Below are positions 60,842 through 64,000 of a DNA stretch of 64,000 bases, piece after piece. Every line of letters begins with the position of its first letter. The first letter of the stretch is position 1. The position numbers were made by a program, and so were the translations under genes. Origin of the DNA: Bacillota bacterium (GTDB taxonomy: Bacteria; Bacillota; Clostridia; Christensenellales; SZUA-584); NCBI GenBank assembly GCA_023399095.1, contig JAEWQS010000134.1:24399-88398 (forward strand), read 5' to 3'. The notes beneath the pieces are model-generated. The model was not told where the DNA came from. It worked only from the letters and a program-made list of their open reading frames with translations, and did not search any database.

Positions 60842-62203
60842 TTACATCATTTCAATACCGTTAAGCTTACAAAAATCCTTCAAGGCTTCTTTGTAATCCC
60901 CGTAAGCCACAATTACATGCTGGCTTGATACTTTTTGTGCAAATTCTTCAACACTGCACGAATCCGGGAATACTTCAAGGCTTGGTAGCTGCGGAGCAGG
61001 CGGCGTCCAGCCGCATTCCTCCCATACCATGGGCGTTTTGGCCTCGGCGGTATACACATGCATCTTGTAGCGGCCATTTATATAAATTAAGCGCGCACAG
61101 GTGACATAACCTGTCTTCACCTTGGACACATTGAGCAATGATGCCGACAACAAACCAAAAGCAGTAGGAAGGACTCTCACATCTCCGTCTGTCGCCGCTT
61201 TCGGAATGTAATCCGGCACACCAATTAGCATGCTCTTTTCAAAGAACTCATAGTATTCAAGGTAGGGCACCGTCTGCCCGGTAATATACTTCATAATCAG
61301 CTGCGTCACAGCTCCCATCACGTCATTTTCTGGAACCGTTAGCACACCGTTAAAATGTTCAAGCAGCATAAAAACCATAGCGGGCGGAAACCCGAGCAGC
61401 TTTTTCATACCATCCACATCAATCAGCGAAATCGCCTCATAGCCGCGCTCTTTAATCTTTTTGCTGATGGCAAGTGCATATTTAACACCCTGCTCTATGA
61501 TTGCATCATCGCAGCGTTCCGCAAATTTCCATTCCCTCTTGATAAAATCGACGCCATTTTGAATAGCCTGGTTCTCTAAACATTCAATGTTTTGCACCAT
61601 CTCGAGCATCTCAAAGGGTTCAACCTCTACACCTATTTGACCGCGCAGCGAATTACCTTCATATTGCGTACCATAAAGCAGCATATCCCTATAACCCATC
61701 GTGCCTACGCGTGCCATACGGAGGAGACGTTTTGCGTGACATGCACAAACAAACGCATCAATCTTCCCGATTGGCGTCGGTTTGTTAATAACGCTGTATA
61801 TGTATTTGAAGGAGTAGCCTAAAGCTTCAAATGCAGGCCGTATTGCTGTTGTTCCCGCTTGATCCGCCGTAGTCACCAAATGTCCATTTTCAATCCAGCC
61901 ACAAAGCCCCCAAAGCAGCATGGGAATGTGTCGTAATGCATCTGTGACATGAATCACCGCATGAGTCGGAACCCAACCCGCCACGCATATGATCAGACAA
62001 TCCATTTCAAAGGGTTTTAATGTTTTAATAGCTCTGTCTGCCGTTTCGTATTTCGTATCATCAATCACAATACCCGCATCCAATATGTCATATTCAAGAT
62101 TTGAAATCGTTGCGATGGCTTCATCATGTTTCAACTTCAGTCTGTCAATAGGAGTGTTGACTTCTCCAAAACAGACAAATCCAACTTTTTTCACAGGCTC
62201 CAT
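60842..62203 (-). CDS. L-fucose/L-arabinose isomerase-family protein
   Basis: The protein is 453 aa. The N-terminal KVGFVCFGEVNTP and the overall size and layout fit the family. It sits next to a kinase gene and a LacI gene. Confidence 0.55.
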   Translation of the reverse strand: MEPVKKVGFVCFGEVNTPIDRLKLKHDEAIATISNLEYDILDAGIVIDDTKYETADRAIKTLKPFEMDCLIICVAGWVPTHAVIHVTDALRHIPMLLWGLCGWIENGHLVTTADQAGTTAIRPAFEALGYSFKYIYSVINKPTPIGKIDAFVCACHAKRLLRMARVGTMGYRDMLLYGTQYEGNSLRGQIGVEVEPFEMLEMVQNIECLENQAIQNGVDFIKREWKFAERCDDAIIEQGVKYALAISKKIKERGYEAISLIDVDGMKKLLGFPPAMVFMLLEHFNGVLTVPENDVMGAVTQLIMKYITGQTVPYLEYYEFFEKSMLIGVPDYIPKAATDGDVRVLPTAFGLLSASLLNVSKVKTGYVTCARLIYINGRYKMHVYTAEAKTPMVWEECGWTPPAPQLPSLEVFPDSCSVEEFAQKVSSQHVIVAYGDYKEALKDFCKLNGIEMM

Positions 62204-62224
62204 TGCCTCCTCTCGACATAATAT

Positions 62225-63214
62225 CTATTTCTCTTTTAACGAGCGCGTTGATCCACGCACCACCAGTTTACTTTGCAATGCAACATTTTGCACAACATGA
62301 GCTGACGGATTTTTTATGTTATCCATCAGCAGCTTAACCGCAATGACGCCCATCTGATTGACCGGGCTGTTGACGCTTGTAATTTGAATCGGCAGATATT
62401 CATCCATGACCGTGTTATCAACACCAACAATGGAAATGTCCTCAGGAACTTTGATACCACTTTCATGAAACGCCCGCATTGCGCCAAACGCCATCTGGTC
62501 ATAACTAGCGATCACTGCCGTCGGTCTCTCATCCTCTTGCAACAGTTCACATGCCCTAAGATAACCGCCTTTTTCAAATCTCTCTTTCCCTCGTTTAATA
62601 AATTTAGGTATAATTTCAATTGAATTTTGCCTTAATACGTCGCACAATGCGTTGTAGCGTACATCAGAATTGAATTCACCAATGTAGCCGATTTTTTTAT
62701 GTCCCAATTGCGTAAGGTGCTCTACGGCGAGTCTCATTACACTATCCGTCTTAACAAAGATTGAATCTAACGGATATGGAAGATTATATTCTGTAAATAA
62801 GACAGTGGGAATTCCTTCTTCTAGGATGCACTTACACATCTGCTCATCTATGAAATTACTGCCGCTTATAAAAAGCCCTTTGTTGTTATACGGCAATAAC
62901 TTTTCGTATGCATCTACGATTCCTTTTGCAGAGAAGTCGCTGAGCATTGTGACCATGGAATACCCATACTTGTTGATTTCATTACTTAAAGAATGCATCA
63001 GCTCAGCATAATAGTGACTGCGAACTTCAGGCAAAATTACCCCTATCGACTTTGATATATGAAGCGATTTCTTTGGGCGGTATCCCATTTCATATGCTGT
63101 CATCTTAACCAGCTGAATCGTTGATTCGCTGATCTCAGGGCTGTCGTTTAAAGCCTTAGAAACCGATGCCACAGTTATTCCTGTTTTGGCTGCAATATCT
63201 TTAAGTTTAACCAT
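62225..63214 (-). CDS. LacI-family transcriptional regulator
   Basis: The HTH is MVKLKDIAAKTGITVASVSKALNDSPEISESTIQLVKMTAYEMGYRP. It is followed by a periplasmic-binding-fold sensor domain. Confidence 0.9.
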   Translation of the reverse strand: MVKLKDIAAKTGITVASVSKALNDSPEISESTIQLVKMTAYEMGYRPKKSLHISKSIGVILPEVRSHYYAELMHSLSNEINKYGYSMVTMLSDFSAKGIVDAYEKLLPYNNKGLFISGSNFIDEQMCKCILEEGIPTVLFTEYNLPYPLDSIFVKTDSVMRLAVEHLTQLGHKKIGYIGEFNSDVRYNALCDVLRQNSIEIIPKFIKRGKERFEKGGYLRACELLQEDERPTAVIASYDQMAFGAMRAFHESGIKVPEDISIVGVDNTVMDEYLPIQITSVNSPVNQMGVIAVKLLMDNIKNPSAHVVQNVALQSKLVVRGSTRSLKEK

Positions 63215-63305
63215 AAGTTATCCTCAATATCTGTACTGTTGTTTAACGTACGGAGAGCCTGTATATCTTCATTGTCAGGCCCTCCGCACGCACTCATCTC
63301 TCTGT

Positions 63306-64000
63306 TTACTTCAGCGGTGTACCTTTGCGAATAATGGCCGCCATCAAGTCGTCTTTATATGTATCAACGTTAGTTGAATCGATCAGCACCACACCGGAGT
63401 CGTTGTATTTTTCAAACGAATCAGCATTGCCATTCTCCAAATATTCCACAGCCATACGAACCGATTCATAGCCTCTTTTGAAGAAATTCTGTGCCAATGT
63501 CGCCCATTCTGTACCATTCTTGATATTGTCAATTGTCTGATCAACTGCATCAATGTCAAGTATAAGAACGTCTTTATCCATTTCTGTCGCTACCTTTGCC
63601 GCAGACGGACCACCTGTCGCTTCTACCATCCAGACTACGTCAACCTCAGGATAAGCTGTAAAGACTTCTTCGAACTTAGATACCGCTGTCGCTGTATCAG
63701 CGTTATCTGCTTCCGTAACAACAATCTTGATTTCAGGATAAGCTTCTTCAATTCTTGATTTAAAGCCATCGATTTGTTCAAGCTGGTTTGTTGCCGCCAG
63801 TTGAGACATCATGATGCAAACATTTGCCTTGCCACCAGTCTTTTCAGCAATCATATCCGCGGCTTTTATACCGTAATTTTTGTTGTCAGTGCCAATCCAT
63901 GAAACAAAGTAATCTTCATTGTCCGGCACATTGCTTGTGCAAAAGTTCGGAATGCCCGCTTCATATATTTTCTTCATGGATGCATTGAGCGTGGTATCCC
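63306..64000 (-). CDS. sugar ABC transporter substrate-binding protein (C-terminal part; the gene continues past the right edge)
   Basis: It has a ribose-type periplasmic binding fold. The frame stays open upstream of the track ATG 63977 (..DTTLNASMKKIYEAG..) to the window end. Confidence 0.7.
   Translation of the reverse strand, partial: DTTLNASMKKIYEAGIPNFCTSNVPDNEDYFVSWIGTDNKNYGIKAADMIAEKTGGKANVCIMMSQLAATNQLEQIDGFKSRIEEAYPEIKIVVTEADNADTATAVSKFEEVFTAYPEVDVVWMVEATGGPSAAKVATEMDKDVLILDIDAVDQTIDNIKNGTEWATLAQNFFKRGYESVRMAVEYLENGNADSFEKYNDSGVVLIDSTNVDTYKDDLMAAIIRKGTPLK

Noticed and set aside
1-64000. Search by eye for CRISPR arrays, rRNA or tRNA genes, reverse transcriptase/DGR repeats, invertible-promoter repeats and an integrase.
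   Set aside because: I found no regularly spaced direct repeats, no tRNA-like T-arm other than in tmRNA, and no RT or recombinase motifs in any long ORF. Their absence cannot be proven without tools such as tRNAscan-SE, Infernal or minced.

Overview
The window looks like a Clostridia-type Firmicutes chromosome segment (bofA and secG-rnr-smpB-ssrA synteny are present). Positions 1 to about 36.2 kb are the minus-strand backbone of an integrative conjugative element (ICE). It carries a VirB6-like protein, Maff2, a VirD4/TraG coupling protein, PcfB, MobC plus relaxase, DUF3991-Toprim, a 2325-aa ArdC-N/N6-methylase/SNF2 protein and ParAB. It also carries a complete secretin-less Tad/Flp pilus operon at 24.4-34.0 kb. 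The island abuts the CCA end of tmRNA (39155-39515). Its left end and any integrase lie outside the window.

Three self-contained cargo cassettes interrupt the backbone. Each ends in a hairpin terminator fused to a conserved TTTTTTAT..CA(A)GAA(A/G)GAG ribosome-binding module.
- Cassette (i) is AT-rich and encodes a MurF-like ligase plus an alpha/beta hydrolase (5052-7102).
- Cassette (ii) encodes a 534-aa protein with a RecB/Cas4-type PD-(D/E)xK motif set plus a beta-CASP MBL nuclease (8648-11544). It splits mobC from its relaxase.
- Cassette (iii) is AT-rich and encodes a 313-aa protein plus a 396-aa glycine-rich membrane/coiled-coil protein (21158-23367).

The two AT-rich cassettes share an identical 13-nt upstream element. 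A complete TnpV-family ORF with its own Shine-Dalgarno is nested out of frame inside the disordered linker of the giant gene (19845-20195).

Between parA and ssrA lies an AT-rich trio: an unknown 187-aa protein, an EcsC/zinc-ribbon protein and a lipoprotein. The region 39.5-64 kb is mostly housekeeping (smpB, rnr, secG, CNNM/CBS protein, dagK, bofA, fba, mnmA, NUDIX, rpe). It also holds an AT-rich islet with an 811-aa AAA+/RyR-like protein, and a sugar-utilisation cluster whose GH28-like beta-helix protein carries a 561-bp tandem duplication.

I recognised no CRISPR array, rRNA or tRNA gene. My best candidates for an undescribed system are the two-nuclease cassette, the nested tnpV overprint, the AT-rich two-gene cassettes with shared boundaries, and the ICE-borne Tad pilus. 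All family assignments come from motif reading and memory, not from searches.
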